From Desulfocapsa sulfexigens DSM 10523 (GTDB taxonomy: Bacteria; Desulfobacterota; Desulfobulbia; Desulfobulbales; Desulfocapsaceae), in the NCBI RefSeq assembly GCF_000341395.1, contig NC_020304.1:2160001-2192000 (forward strand): a stretch of DNA of 32,000 nt, given 5' to 3'. Positions 1 to 9,538 of this stretch are shown here, piece by piece; positions within the stretch are counted from its first letter, which is position 1, and the number at the start of each line of letters is the position of its first letter. The position numbers were made by a program, and so were the translations under genes. The notes under the pieces were generated by a model that saw nothing but the letters and a program-made list of their open reading frames with translations, made no database searches and was not told the origin of the DNA.

Positions 1-367
1 TATGTAAGGTTCTTGGTTTAGGGCTGCTGAACAGGCTATAGAGTGAGTAGGCTATAAGAAGAATTCCAAGAGTAATACGAATATAGGTTGAACCCACCCG
101 CTTAAGAAGTGTGGATCCAATTATAATACCTGGAACAGCAGCGATGCAGAGCGGAAGGATCTTTTGGATATCGAGGTGTCTGCGCATTTTCAACGAAAGA
201 TAGGTGGTGATTACCAGGCTGTTTAGGATACAGAGAGGGATGGCACCTTTAATGTCGATGACAAGGCTGAGAAGTGGGATAGCTACTAATGCAGATCCAA
301 AACCGGTCACTCCCTGAACAAAACCGGCTAACAAAAAAATGATGCTGATGAGCAATGGGGTGAGCAT
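1..367 (-). CDS. TauE/SafE (DUF81) family anion-exporter-like membrane protein, N-terminal part; the CDS runs off the left edge
   Basis: Absent from the ORF track because it is open-ended. The reverse complement from 367 reads ATG then MLTPLLISIIFLLAGFVQGVTGFGSALVAIPLLSLVIDIKGAIPLCILNSLVITTYLSLKMRRHLDIQKILPLCIAAVPGIIIGSTLLKRVGSTYIRITLGILLIAYSLYSLFSSPKPRTLH, with no stop down to position 1. The Gly-rich GxxxGxxGxG...P segment and the polytopic character are typical of TauE/SafE. Confidence 0.7.
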   Translation of the reverse strand, partial: MLTPLLISIIFLLAGFVQGVTGFGSALVAIPLLSLVIDIKGAIPLCILNSLVITTYLSLKMRRHLDIQKILPLCIAAVPGIIIGSTLLKRVGSTYIRITLGILLIAYSLYSLFSSPKPRTLH

Positions 368-546
368 ATATATAATTTCCTTGAACAGACGCGCTGTTCT
401 GTATACATTTCTATCAACTAATGGTATTGAAAGCTCTGTCACAATCTTCCGTGAAGATTTGGTGTATCATATACTGCGTTTATTCATTTTTGAGAGAATT
501 TTTTTTTGGGGCAGGCTGACGACTATGAGGTGTGAAATAAAATCAT

Positions 547-2439
547 ATGCGTATTGAGCAAATAAATAAAGAGAATCCATTTCAGGAGGAGTGTAACACA
601 GGACACTTTTTTGTAGGTGGAGGACGCGGAGCCATTTTAAGTGACATTAAAACAGCCCTTCAGAACCAGGTGGATCTTGTTACCTTGATTGGAGAAGAAG
701 GCAGTGGTAAAACCATGCTCTGCAAAATGCTGAAGGAGCAGTGGAAAACCCGTCACAGGATAATTTTCTTACCACGGTTTGTCGAGTCTTTTGAGGATGT
801 TGTTCGAGTAGCCGCACAGGAGTGTGATCTGCAGTATCCTGCTGACACCAACAGGGCAGATGCAAAAAAAATATTCTTGAATCTGGTGGCCGCTTTACGG
901 GCCAAGGGAGAGTCGCTTCTTCTTGTCTGTGATGAAGCCGAGAAGATGTATCTGGCAACACTGGAAAGAATTCGAAAGATTCTTGATGAAGTGAAGGCTG
1001 ATGGTGGAGGTCTGCAATTACTTCTGGCAGGGAGAAAGAGCCTTACGGGAAACCTGGAGCAGCTTGTACTTTGTAATTTTGAAAAAATCTCTGAAAAACA
1101 ATTTTTTCTTTCAGCTCTTGATGACAATGAAACCTGGAGTTATCTGAATTTTTGCGTGCAGGGGCTTCGAGGTGAGGATCAGCAGGAGGTTTTTACCAGA
1201 GAGGCTGCTGCCAAGATTGCCTCAATGGGGAGAGGCAATTTACGGTTAATTAATGTATATGCCGAGGAATCTCTTCAGTCATCGAGTGCAGATACTTCAT
1301 TTCTTGTCCTTCTTGATCATGTGAAAGATGATGGCTCCGGTGTGGAGCTGCTTTCCACTTCCCCCGGTTTTTTATCACAACTTCTTCTGTATCCTAAATA
1401 TCTTATCGGCTGCGGGGTTGTTGCTATTCTGGTGCTGCTTATTTTTCTGTTTACCGGTGGTGATGAAAAAAAGAGTTCTGGATTTACACCTGATAGGCAA
1501 TCTGATCCCGTTATTGCTGCGTCTTCGTCTGAGGTTGTCTCCACTCGGGAATCTTCTGACGCCAAGCAAGAACCAGAAAAGAAGGTGTCAGAACCAGTTG
1601 TTTCCAAAAAGCAAATTGAAACGATAATAACTGAACCTGTTGCAAGGGAACAAGATACAGTCCATCTTCAGAAGATAGAATTAGTAGAGGTTGTACCTCC
1701 AGTCTCTGGTCAATCTCAGGATCTCGAGCAAAGCAGTGTCTCGGTGGCGGTTGTCTCCGAAGAGAAGATCGAGGTGCCTGCGTCAGCGGCCCTGGAAACC
1801 GAAGAGGAGGCTATTCATATTCAGGATGTAGGACCGGTGGCGGTTGTTGCTCCAGTCCTGGATGAGCCTCAGGTTCCCGGACACCGAACTCCGGTGGAAA
1901 TATCTCCTGTGGAAATTGTAGAAAAGTCAGTTCCGTCTGTACCAGAAGTTACCATCTCTGAGCCTGATGTGGAAAATAAAATCACGGTCGACAAGAGGAA
2001 ACGTTTAACCAGTACCCGCATTGAGAGTAACCAGAAAAAAAAGATATATGAAGAACCTGTTGCGTCCCCGGAAGCAACAGCCGTTTCATCTCAATTATTA
2101 AAAGATCCGGTGCTGGCAAGATTTTTTATTGAAGGTGAGAAATGGCTAGCAGGAGATTTTGATTCGAGTTTTAGTATTCAGCTCATGGCTTTGAAGTCTG
2201 ACTTGGCCGAGGAGAACCTCAGGCAAATAGTGTCCCAACCTGACTACCAGGCAATTGCGGATAAGCTGGTTATGCTTGAAAGGCCATCGGATCCCCCAGT
2301 TTTACTGGTTTTCTATGGTATGTATTCAAGCATGTCAGCGGCAAGGAATGCTCGAAACAACATGCCTCTTTTCCTTCGTGACCGTCATCCCTATCCTATC
2401 TCGGTACGTGGGGCTGTGGAAAAGGCTCGTGTGGAATAA
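547..2439 (+). CDS. ExeA-like AAA+ ATPase, then a single TM segment, an acidic/Pro/Val-rich linker and a C-terminal SPOR (septal peptidoglycan-binding) domain
   Basis: 630-aa ORF. Walker A is GEEGSGKT and Walker B is LLLVCDEAE. A hydrophobic segment (YLIGCGVVAILVLLIFLFTG) follows. The linker of about 230 aa is low complexity (PVEISPVEIVEKSVPSVPEV). The C-terminus FSIQLMALKSD...VLLVFYGMYSSMSAARNARNNMP has the pattern of SPOR domains. Confidence 0.75.
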   Translation: MRIEQINKENPFQEECNTGHFFVGGGRGAILSDIKTALQNQVDLVTLIGEEGSGKTMLCKMLKEQWKTRHRIIFLPRFVESFEDVVRVAAQECDLQYPADTNRADAKKIFLNLVAALRAKGESLLLVCDEAEKMYLATLERIRKILDEVKADGGGLQLLLAGRKSLTGNLEQLVLCNFEKISEKQFFLSALDDNETWSYLNFCVQGLRGEDQQEVFTREAAAKIASMGRGNLRLINVYAEESLQSSSADTSFLVLLDHVKDDGSGVELLSTSPGFLSQLLLYPKYLIGCGVVAILVLLIFLFTGGDEKKSSGFTPDRQSDPVIAASSSEVVSTRESSDAKQEPEKKVSEPVVSKKQIETIITEPVAREQDTVHLQKIELVEVVPPVSGQSQDLEQSSVSVAVVSEEKIEVPASAALETEEEAIHIQDVGPVAVVAPVLDEPQVPGHRTPVEISPVEIVEKSVPSVPEVTISEPDVENKITVDKRKRLTSTRIESNQKKKIYEEPVASPEATAVSSQLLKDPVLARFFIEGEKWLAGDFDSSFSIQLMALKSDLAEENLRQIVSQPDYQAIADKLVMLERPSDPPVLLVFYGMYSSMSAARNARNNMPLFLRDRHPYPISVRGAVEKARVE

Positions 2440-2510
2440 TTCGCTTTACCTTGCGAACAGACAGGACTTGTTTGTGTAATAAGGTTCCATGAGCGGGGTG
2501 ATGGCAGGAC

Positions 2511-2548
2511 AAAAAAAAGACACTTAAGGAAAACTTCCCTAAGTGTCT
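2511..2548 (-). terminator. Rho-independent terminator downstream of tRNA-Ala
   Basis: The minus strand reads AGACACTTAGG-GAAGTTTT-CCTTAAGTGTCT (about 11-bp stem with one bulge) followed by TTTTTTTT. It begins 9 nt after the tRNA 3' end. Confidence 0.75.
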
Positions 2549-2556
2549 AATATCTT

Positions 2557-2632
2557 TGGTGGAGCTGAGGGGGATCGAACCCCTGACCTCATGACTGCCA
2601 GTCATGCGCTCTCCCAGCTGAGCTACAGCCCC
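2557..2632 (-). tRNA. tRNA-Ala, anticodon GGC, with encoded CCA
   Basis: The reverse complement is GGGGCTGTAGCTCAGCTGGGAGAGCGCATGACTGGCAGTCATGAGGTCAGGGGTTCGATCCCCCTCAGCTCCACCA (76 nt). It folds by hand into a full cloverleaf. The anticodon loop is CTGGCAG and the T-loop is TTCGATC. The G3:U70 alanine identity pair is present. Confidence 0.95.
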
Positions 2633-2663
2633 ACAATTTGCCTTATTCGAGCATACGTGTGCT

Positions 2664-2692
2664 TCTTTACCAACCTTTTTGAGAGGTGTCAA
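2664..2692 (-). promoter_or_regulatory. Candidate sigma-70 promoter for tRNA-Ala
   Basis: The minus strand reads TTGACA-N17-TAAAGA. The -35 is consensus and the -10 is weak. It lies about 30 nt upstream of the mature tRNA 5' end. Confidence 0.35.
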
Positions 2693-2734
2693 CTTTTTTC
2701 AAATGCTTTCTTCGAAAGCAAAAGCCCATATTTC

Positions 2735-2763
2735 TTGAAAAGCGTGAAGACTTTTGGTAGAAT
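2735..2763 (+). promoter_or_regulatory. Candidate sigma-70 promoter of the mreBCD-mrdA-rodA operon
   Basis: TTGAAA (2735-2740), a 17-nt spacer, then TAGAAT (2758-2763). It sits about 150 nt upstream of the mreB ATG. Confidence 0.5.
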
Positions 2764-2903
2764 TGAAAACTTGATGTGTCGATTGTATCGGAGGTTTTTG
2801 TAGCTGCTGTTCCGGTCTCTGGATTAACACTTCTGTGGAGTCGGTTTTCCCAGTTTATTGGATTTAAACATTACAAGAAAAGCACCTGTTGGGTGCTAGA
2901 TAA

Positions 2904-3953
<1,050 letters not shown>

Positions 3954-3988
3954 GAATAGTAACGTTCCCTTGAGGTGAAGTTGGAAGA

Positions 3989-4927
3989 GTGCTGCTCTTA
4001 TCTGGTGGCCAGGTATCGATGATTGTTTGGAGTAGATCCGTGCGAAAAAAGAGCAATGACAGGAAGAAGACAGCTCGTTCCAGGGGGCCTCGTCTTTTTC
4101 TGCTCTTTGTTCTCTTTGTTGGTCTGCTTTTTACCCTTCTTACTTCTGCCACCGGGCGTCGTTTCGGTGTTTTCCATCAAGTTACCCTGGAAGCTTTAGG
4201 TCCACTTCAAAGTCTTTTTACCAACATTTCCATTGGTAGCATTCGACTGAAAGATAGATACATTTCTCTCTGGAATCTTCAGAAAGAAAATGATTCACTG
4301 CGAAAAGAACTGGATACCTACCATGCTCTTCTTGATGAATATCGTGAAGCGTATTCCAGGAATCGATTTTTGGAAACGGAACTCAAATTCAAAAAAGAGG
4401 AGACCTTTCCTGCCCTCATGGCGCGAGTAGTTGGGAAAGATCCTTCTTTCTGGTTTCAGACCCTTATTGTAGATCGTGGAAAAAATGATGGCGTAGTAAC
4501 TGGAATGGTAGCCAGGAATTCTCAGGGGGTGGTGGGGCAGGTGGTACAGGTCTCTGATAATTACTCTAAAATACTTCTTGCCAACGCGCCGTCGAGTGCC
4601 ATTGATGCCATTGTCCAGAAAAACAGGGTGCGGGGTATCCTTAAAGGAGCAGGTGAGCAGGGCTATATTCTTCAGTATGTTTTGAAAAATGGAGAAGTTG
4701 AGGAAGGTGATATTATCGTTACTGCTGGTATCGGTGGGGTGTTTCCTCCGGGGATTACCCTTGGAACAGTTTCAGCGGTACGATCCAAACGGCGCGGAAT
4801 GTTTCTGGAGATTGAAGTGCAACCGGCTGTTGATTTTGCCCGCCTGGAATTTTTGTACATTAATTTGTCTGAAGAACAATTAGTTATTGACGAGATGAGC
4901 AGTTCACTTTCTTCTCAGGGAGAGTGA
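3989..4927 (+). CDS. mreC: Rod shape-determining protein MreC
   Basis: 312 aa. It has a basic N-terminal tail and one TM segment (LFLLFVLFVGLLFTLL). A coiled-coil region follows (LQKENDSLRKELDTYHALLDEYRE). The beta-rich C-terminal domain contains GDIIVTAGIGGVFPPGITLG. It sits between mreB and mreD. The start is ambiguous: GTG 3989 or in-frame ATG 4019. Confidence 0.9.
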   Translation: MLLLSGGQVSMIVWSRSVRKKSNDRKKTARSRGPRLFLLFVLFVGLLFTLLTSATGRRFGVFHQVTLEALGPLQSLFTNISIGSIRLKDRYISLWNLQKENDSLRKELDTYHALLDEYREAYSRNRFLETELKFKKEETFPALMARVVGKDPSFWFQTLIVDRGKNDGVVTGMVARNSQGVVGQVVQVSDNYSKILLANAPSSAIDAIVQKNRVRGILKGAGEQGYILQYVLKNGEVEEGDIIVTAGIGGVFPPGITLGTVSAVRSKRRGMFLEIEVQPAVDFARLEFLYINLSEEQLVIDEMSSSLSSQGE

Positions 4928-4930
4928 AAA

Positions 4931-5464
4931 ATGGTCACTCTCAGTTTTCTTCTGTTAGGTTTTGTCCTTGTCGCAGTCCAGACTACTTTTTTTCATCAAT
5001 TCCCGCATTGGCTTGGCAGGCCAGATCTGGTTTTTATTCTCCTTGTCTTTTCAGCTTACAGATTTAGCTGGTTGCCAGGTTTACTGCTTGCTATTCTACT
5101 TGGATGGTTGATGGATGTAACATCAGGTGTGTATCTTGGAACCTATCTACTTCTGGTGTTACTTGTTTTTTCTATTGTTAAGTTTCTCAGTCAAAACAGT
5201 GCTGTCAAAGAAACGGTATTTCAGATTCCACTGGTTGGTGGCAGTTATTTTTGCGCACAGTGTTTTTTTTATCTCTTTTTTGCTTTTGCCCAGCCCGGAG
5301 CTCTTCCCCCATGGTCCTGGACACGAGTAATACAGGAAACACTTATTCTCCTGGTTGCCTCTATCCCATGCTTTGTCTTCTTTAACTGGTTCTATGAAAA
5401 ACTCACCACTCGACGTCTTGCATCCAGGCAGCTGAAGCGTGGTGGTGTAAACAGGTTTCGGTAA
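4931..5464 (+). CDS. mreD: Rod shape-determining protein MreD
   Basis: 177-aa polytopic hydrophobic protein immediately after mreC (3-nt gap) and before PBP2. The call rests on position and size rather than strong motifs. Confidence 0.8.
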   Translation: MVTLSFLLLGFVLVAVQTTFFHQFPHWLGRPDLVFILLVFSAYRFSWLPGLLLAILLGWLMDVTSGVYLGTYLLLVLLVFSIVKFLSQNSAVKETVFQIPLVGGSYFCAQCFFYLFFAFAQPGALPPWSWTRVIQETLILLVASIPCFVFFNWFYEKLTTRRLASRQLKRGGVNRFR

Positions 5465-5472
5465 ATAAAAAG

Positions 5473-7377
5473 ATGAAGTGGTCAGGATATAATAATCTTG
5501 AAGAATTGACGGAATATGATGATGCCGATCTCGACTTCCTGAAACGCAGGATAGTGTTTGCGGGGCTTATTGTCCTTTGCTTTGCCGCCATAATTATTGC
5601 ACGGCTATGGTTTCTTCAGGTTCATAAGGGGGATGAATACAGAGATAGAGCCGATAATAATCGGGTTCGAGTGCGAGAGGTTGCAGCGCCACGCGGTAAT
5701 ATTTTCGACGCAAAGAATCGAAAAATGGTCACTAACAGGCCATCTTTTAATGTGGTTCTTGTCCGTGAAGATTCTAATGATGTTGATAAGCTGCTTAAAA
5801 AACTAGCTACTGCCCTTGATCTTGATATTTCTATGCTCTGGGAAAAATTGCGCGATGCCAGTACTAAACCGCGCCATATCCCGGTGCGTCTTCTTGTTGA
5901 TGTGGATTGGCAAACCCTTGCCTATGTTGAAAATCATAATCAGGAATTTCCAGGTATTCGTATCGAAACCACCCCTGCCCGTGTCTATCATTATGAAAAC
6001 CTTGCTGCCCATGCCATTGGTTATCTTGGTGAAATTTCCAAAAAGGAACTTGCAGCGCGTGATAGTGATATTTATACAGGGGGAGATCTTATAGGGAAAA
6101 TGGGCCTGGAGCGTCTTCGGGAGACTGATTTACGAGGTGAAAAAGGAAGCAGTTCGTCGGAAGTAAATGCCAGAGGTTTTGAGCAGCAACTCCTTAAAAG
6201 TATTGAGCCTTTACCTGGAAATGATATCCAGCTGACAATCGATGCCGAACTACAAAAGGTAGCTGAAGATTTGATGGATAGTGGCGGTAAGGCCGGAGCT
6301 GTGGTGGCAATGGAAGTAAAAACCGGCAGAATGCTGGCCCTGGCATCAAACCCGGTACTTCCCTTGAACCAGTTTGTCGGAGGGATTTCCCATAAAAACT
6401 GGAACGCCTTGCTTGATAACGAAAAACATCCCCTTATTAATAAAGTTGTACAAGCGATGTATCCTCCCGGTTCCACTTATAAGATGATAACTGCCATGGC
6501 AGGGCTCAGTACCGGAGTGATTGACAAGGATACAGTCTTTTATTGTCCAGGGTTTTATACCTTTGGGAATAGGCGGTATCATTGCTGGAAGCATAGCGGG
6601 CATGGTGCCGTGAACCTCAAACGTGCAATTTCTGAGTCCTGTGATGTCTATTTTTATCAGGTCGGTCTGCGAGTTGGTGTGGATAAACTTGCAGAGTTTG
6701 CAAACAAGTTCGGGCTTGGCCATAAATCTGGTATTGAATTGGAGCACGAAAAAAGTGGCCTTACACCGACCAAAGAATGGAAGAGGAAAAAATATGGTCA
6801 AAAATGGCAGGATGGAGAGACCCTGTCCGTTGCAATTGGTCAGGGGTTTAATCTGGTGACACCGTTGCAGATCTGTTTGATGACGGCAACCATTGCTAAT
6901 GGTGGTAAACAATATCTTCCACAGATAATAGAAAAAGTAACCGACCCAGATGGCAAAATTATTGAGCAGTTTGAACCCGTGGTGGTAACGGAGATGACTG
7001 GGGATGAGCAGTTTCTCCCGCTGATTCGCGAAGGAATGGAAGAGGTTATTCAGGGGCGACGTGGGACAGCGCGCCAGGTAAGAATTAAGGGATTGACCAT
7101 TGGTGGAAAAACGGGAACAGCTCAGGTGGTTCGCTTGAAGGAATACAAGCATTTAAAAGAGGAAGATATTCCTTATAAGTTTCGTGATCATGCCTGGTTT
7201 ACCTGTTATGCCCCTGCTGAAGATCCAGAGATTGCAGTTACGGTACTTGTTGAACATGGCCTGCACGGTGGGTCTGGAGCTGGGCCAGTGGCTCGGGCTA
7301 TCCTCGAAGCATATTTCTCTGGATACTTGCAACTTCACGAAGAGACAGAAAAAGCGGCTAAAGAGGAAGAAGAATAA
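5473..7377 (+). CDS. mrdA: Penicillin-binding protein 2 (elongasome transpeptidase)
   Basis: 634 aa with an N-terminal TM anchor. The class B PBP motifs are STYK (PPGSTYKMIT), SES (SESCDVYF) and KTGTA (GGKTGTAQV). It is located between mreD and rodA. Confidence 0.93.
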   Translation: MKWSGYNNLEELTEYDDADLDFLKRRIVFAGLIVLCFAAIIIARLWFLQVHKGDEYRDRADNNRVRVREVAAPRGNIFDAKNRKMVTNRPSFNVVLVREDSNDVDKLLKKLATALDLDISMLWEKLRDASTKPRHIPVRLLVDVDWQTLAYVENHNQEFPGIRIETTPARVYHYENLAAHAIGYLGEISKKELAARDSDIYTGGDLIGKMGLERLRETDLRGEKGSSSSEVNARGFEQQLLKSIEPLPGNDIQLTIDAELQKVAEDLMDSGGKAGAVVAMEVKTGRMLALASNPVLPLNQFVGGISHKNWNALLDNEKHPLINKVVQAMYPPGSTYKMITAMAGLSTGVIDKDTVFYCPGFYTFGNRRYHCWKHSGHGAVNLKRAISESCDVYFYQVGLRVGVDKLAEFANKFGLGHKSGIELEHEKSGLTPTKEWKRKKYGQKWQDGETLSVAIGQGFNLVTPLQICLMTATIANGGKQYLPQIIEKVTDPDGKIIEQFEPVVVTEMTGDEQFLPLIREGMEEVIQGRRGTARQVRIKGLTIGGKTGTAQVVRLKEYKHLKEEDIPYKFRDHAWFTCYAPAEDPEIAVTVLVEHGLHGGSGAGPVARAILEAYFSGYLQLHEETEKAAKEEEE

Positions 7378-7417
7378 GAAGAAATGAGAAGGGAATGAAT
7401 ATGTGTCGAGGAAAGCA

Positions 7418-8548
7418 ATGTTTCGTATAGACAGACGGTTTTTTCAGAATTTTGACTGGATTCTTCTGTTATTGTTGCTTGGGGTTGCTGGTATGGCCCT
7501 AATGAATCTCTATAGTGCTTCCTATCCACCATCCCCCTGGGGCATGCCTCCGTTTGTAAAACAATGCTATCTTTTTCTTTTTGGGATGCTGTGTATTCTT
7601 TTTATCCTCTTTTTTGATTACCGTGAACTTCATTTCTGGAATTATCCTTTTTATGTTTTGATTATTATCTTGCTCTTGCTGGTTCTTTTTGTTGGAAACA
7701 GTGCTGGTGGCGCCCAGCGTTGGATTAATCTCGGTTTTTTTCGATTGCAACCCTCTGAGCTTGCTAAATTGATGCTGGTTGTGACGCTTGCCAGTTATTA
7801 TTCACGTAAGGAACAGACGGAGGGCTACGGGATCAGGGATATGATTACACCCGTACTCTTAACTCTTCTTCCGTTTCTTTTAATTATGAAACAGCCAGAT
7901 CTTGGCACAGCGCTCATGCTCGGTATTATTTTTGTATCAATGACAGTCTTTGCCAAAATACGTTTACAGACCTATGGACTTGGACTGGTACTTGGTGGGG
8001 CGGCAGGAGTTTTTGCCTGGTTTTTTCTCCTCAGGGATTATCAGAAACGGAGGATTGAAACTCTGCTAAACCCTGCTAAAGACCCTATGGGACAGGGGTA
8101 TCAGATTCTCCAATCCAAGATTGCAGTGGGTAGTGGTGGCGTCGGGGGAAAGGGGTACCTTGAAGGGACACAGGGGCATCTTCATTTTCTCCCAGAGCGT
8201 CATACCGATTTTGCCTTCTCTGTCTGGGGGGAAGAGTGGGGGTTCGCTGGGAGTCTCTTTTTTTTAGGTGTCTATTTCACCATGCTTTTTTGGGGACTTT
8301 ACGTGGCGATGACTGCTCGTGATCGTTTTGGGGTTTTCCTGTCTTTTGGTGTGGTCATGTTGATTTTCTGGCAGGCTGTGATCAATCTTTTGATGATTCT
8401 CGGTTTTCTTCCAGTGGTTGGGATTCCCTTGCCACTGGTAAGTTATGGCGGCTCTTCTCTGCTGACAACTCTTTTAGGCCTGGGAATCCTGATGAATGTG
8501 AGGATGCGTCGTTTCCAGACGGGGCAGAATGCAGATAAGATGAAGTGA
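7418..8548 (+). CDS. rodA: SEDS-family peptidoglycan polymerase RodA
   Basis: FtsW/RodA/SpoVE-like polytopic protein. Motifs include RWINLGFFRLQPSELAKL, PDLGTAL, LPERHTDFAFS and PLPLVSYGGSS. The ORF opens at GTG 7403, but ATG 7418 has a better SD (GAGGAAA 6 nt upstream). Confidence 0.92.
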   Translation: MFRIDRRFFQNFDWILLLLLLGVAGMALMNLYSASYPPSPWGMPPFVKQCYLFLFGMLCILFILFFDYRELHFWNYPFYVLIIILLLLVLFVGNSAGGAQRWINLGFFRLQPSELAKLMLVVTLASYYSRKEQTEGYGIRDMITPVLLTLLPFLLIMKQPDLGTALMLGIIFVSMTVFAKIRLQTYGLGLVLGGAAGVFAWFFLLRDYQKRRIETLLNPAKDPMGQGYQILQSKIAVGSGGVGGKGYLEGTQGHLHFLPERHTDFAFSVWGEEWGFAGSLFFLGVYFTMLFWGLYVAMTARDRFGVFLSFGVVMLIFWQAVINLLMILGFLPVVGIPLPLVSYGGSSLLTTLLGLGILMNVRMRRFQTGQNADKMK

Positions 8549-8624
8549 AAGAACCATAGGCTGTTTTTTTCAGTATTGGGTTACGAGAACAAATTGGAAA
8601 TTTCTCCAGATATAAGGTGATGCA

Positions 8625-9137
8625 ATGGAAAATAGCAAAAAGTCGAAGGTGGAACACTTGTTTTTAAAAACACTGGATGCGATAAGGATTGTAGCTGTTA
8701 GTGCTGCATTTTTCTTTGGTTATCAGGTGGGATATGCCAATGGCTATGACCCCATCGCTCAATTGCACATTATGATCCCTGTTGTTATTGTTGCCATAGC
8801 TGGACTATCCGGGATAGAAGGGCTTTTATTTGGAAAAGAATCAGCAAAGCTCAAAGGATTTAATGGGGATGGAAACTACCAGAGGCAGTCTGCCATAGCT
8901 TTACTCTCGTATGCTGCTATCTCAATTTTCGTTTATTTCAGTAATTGGGGCATTAAGGCAGAGCTAACGATTCTCTTTACCTTTATTTTCTTTTTCTTTT
9001 TTTCCGGGATAAACCATGGAGTGGATGCGCTGCGAAGAAAGAATTACAAATGGCAAAACATCAATCGTCCATTTATTACCCTTCTTCTGATTGCTGGTTT
9101 GATTTTCCCAGTTTATAAAGCATTACAGACTTTATAG
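8625..9137 (+). CDS. Hypothetical polytopic membrane protein (about 4-5 TM segments)
   Basis: 170-aa ORF with alternating hydrophobic segments. I recognise no family motif. Confidence 0.55.
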   Translation: MENSKKSKVEHLFLKTLDAIRIVAVSAAFFFGYQVGYANGYDPIAQLHIMIPVVIVAIAGLSGIEGLLFGKESAKLKGFNGDGNYQRQSAIALLSYAAISIFVYFSNWGIKAELTILFTFIFFFFFSGINHGVDALRRKNYKWQNINRPFITLLLIAGLIFPVYKALQTL

Positions 9138-9331
9138 AAAAAAAATCTATGACCCGACGATCGATTCCTGAAGCCCAGAAAACATATCGAATGGGAAGGG
9201 AAAGGCTGCTGTATAGCTGTCTTTTATATAGTTGTGTGAACCTTGGCTTGGGATTTTTCCTGTCGATGATCTTTTCATCTTAAAACAGGTGTGTTAAGCC
9301 CGTCAAATTCAGTTCATTTGGGTTTGGCCTG

Positions 9332-9517
9332 ATGGGAATTGTTGGCTCAATTTTTGGTGTTTTTGTCGGCATTGTTTCATTTACTGGCAGGTTCGGTGAG
9401 GTTGAGAAAAGAGTTCAATATCTCTATCCAATTGGATTGGCAGGTTTTCTTGTTCCAACTCTCTTTGTCTTGTATACAATCAGGCACTTCTTTTTTAGTG
9501 GCAGCGGAACCTGGTAG
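9332..9517 (+). CDS. Possible small two-TM membrane protein
   Basis: 61-aa ORF with two hydrophobic helices and no clear SD. It is in the same frame as a 44-codon hydrophobic ORF at 9149-9283 (see findings). Confidence 0.25.
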   Translation: MGIVGSIFGVFVGIVSFTGRFGEVEKRVQYLYPIGLAGFLVPTLFVLYTIRHFFFSGSGTW

Positions 9518-9538
9518 TGATTACGAGAAGTTGGCGTC

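Noticed and set aside
383-399. The inverted repeat GAACAG-N5-CTGTTC in the divergent TauE / AAA-SPOR promoter region, considered as a LexA/SOS box.
   Set aside because: The orientation and spacing (ACAG-N5-CTGT) do not match the CTGT-N8-ACAG type boxes. It may still be an operator for an unknown regulator, but there is nothing further to support this.
2396-2803. ORFs 2396-2692 (-) and 2543-2803 (+).
   Set aside because: Both overlap the tRNA-Ala gene and its terminator and promoter. Neither has motifs or an SD.
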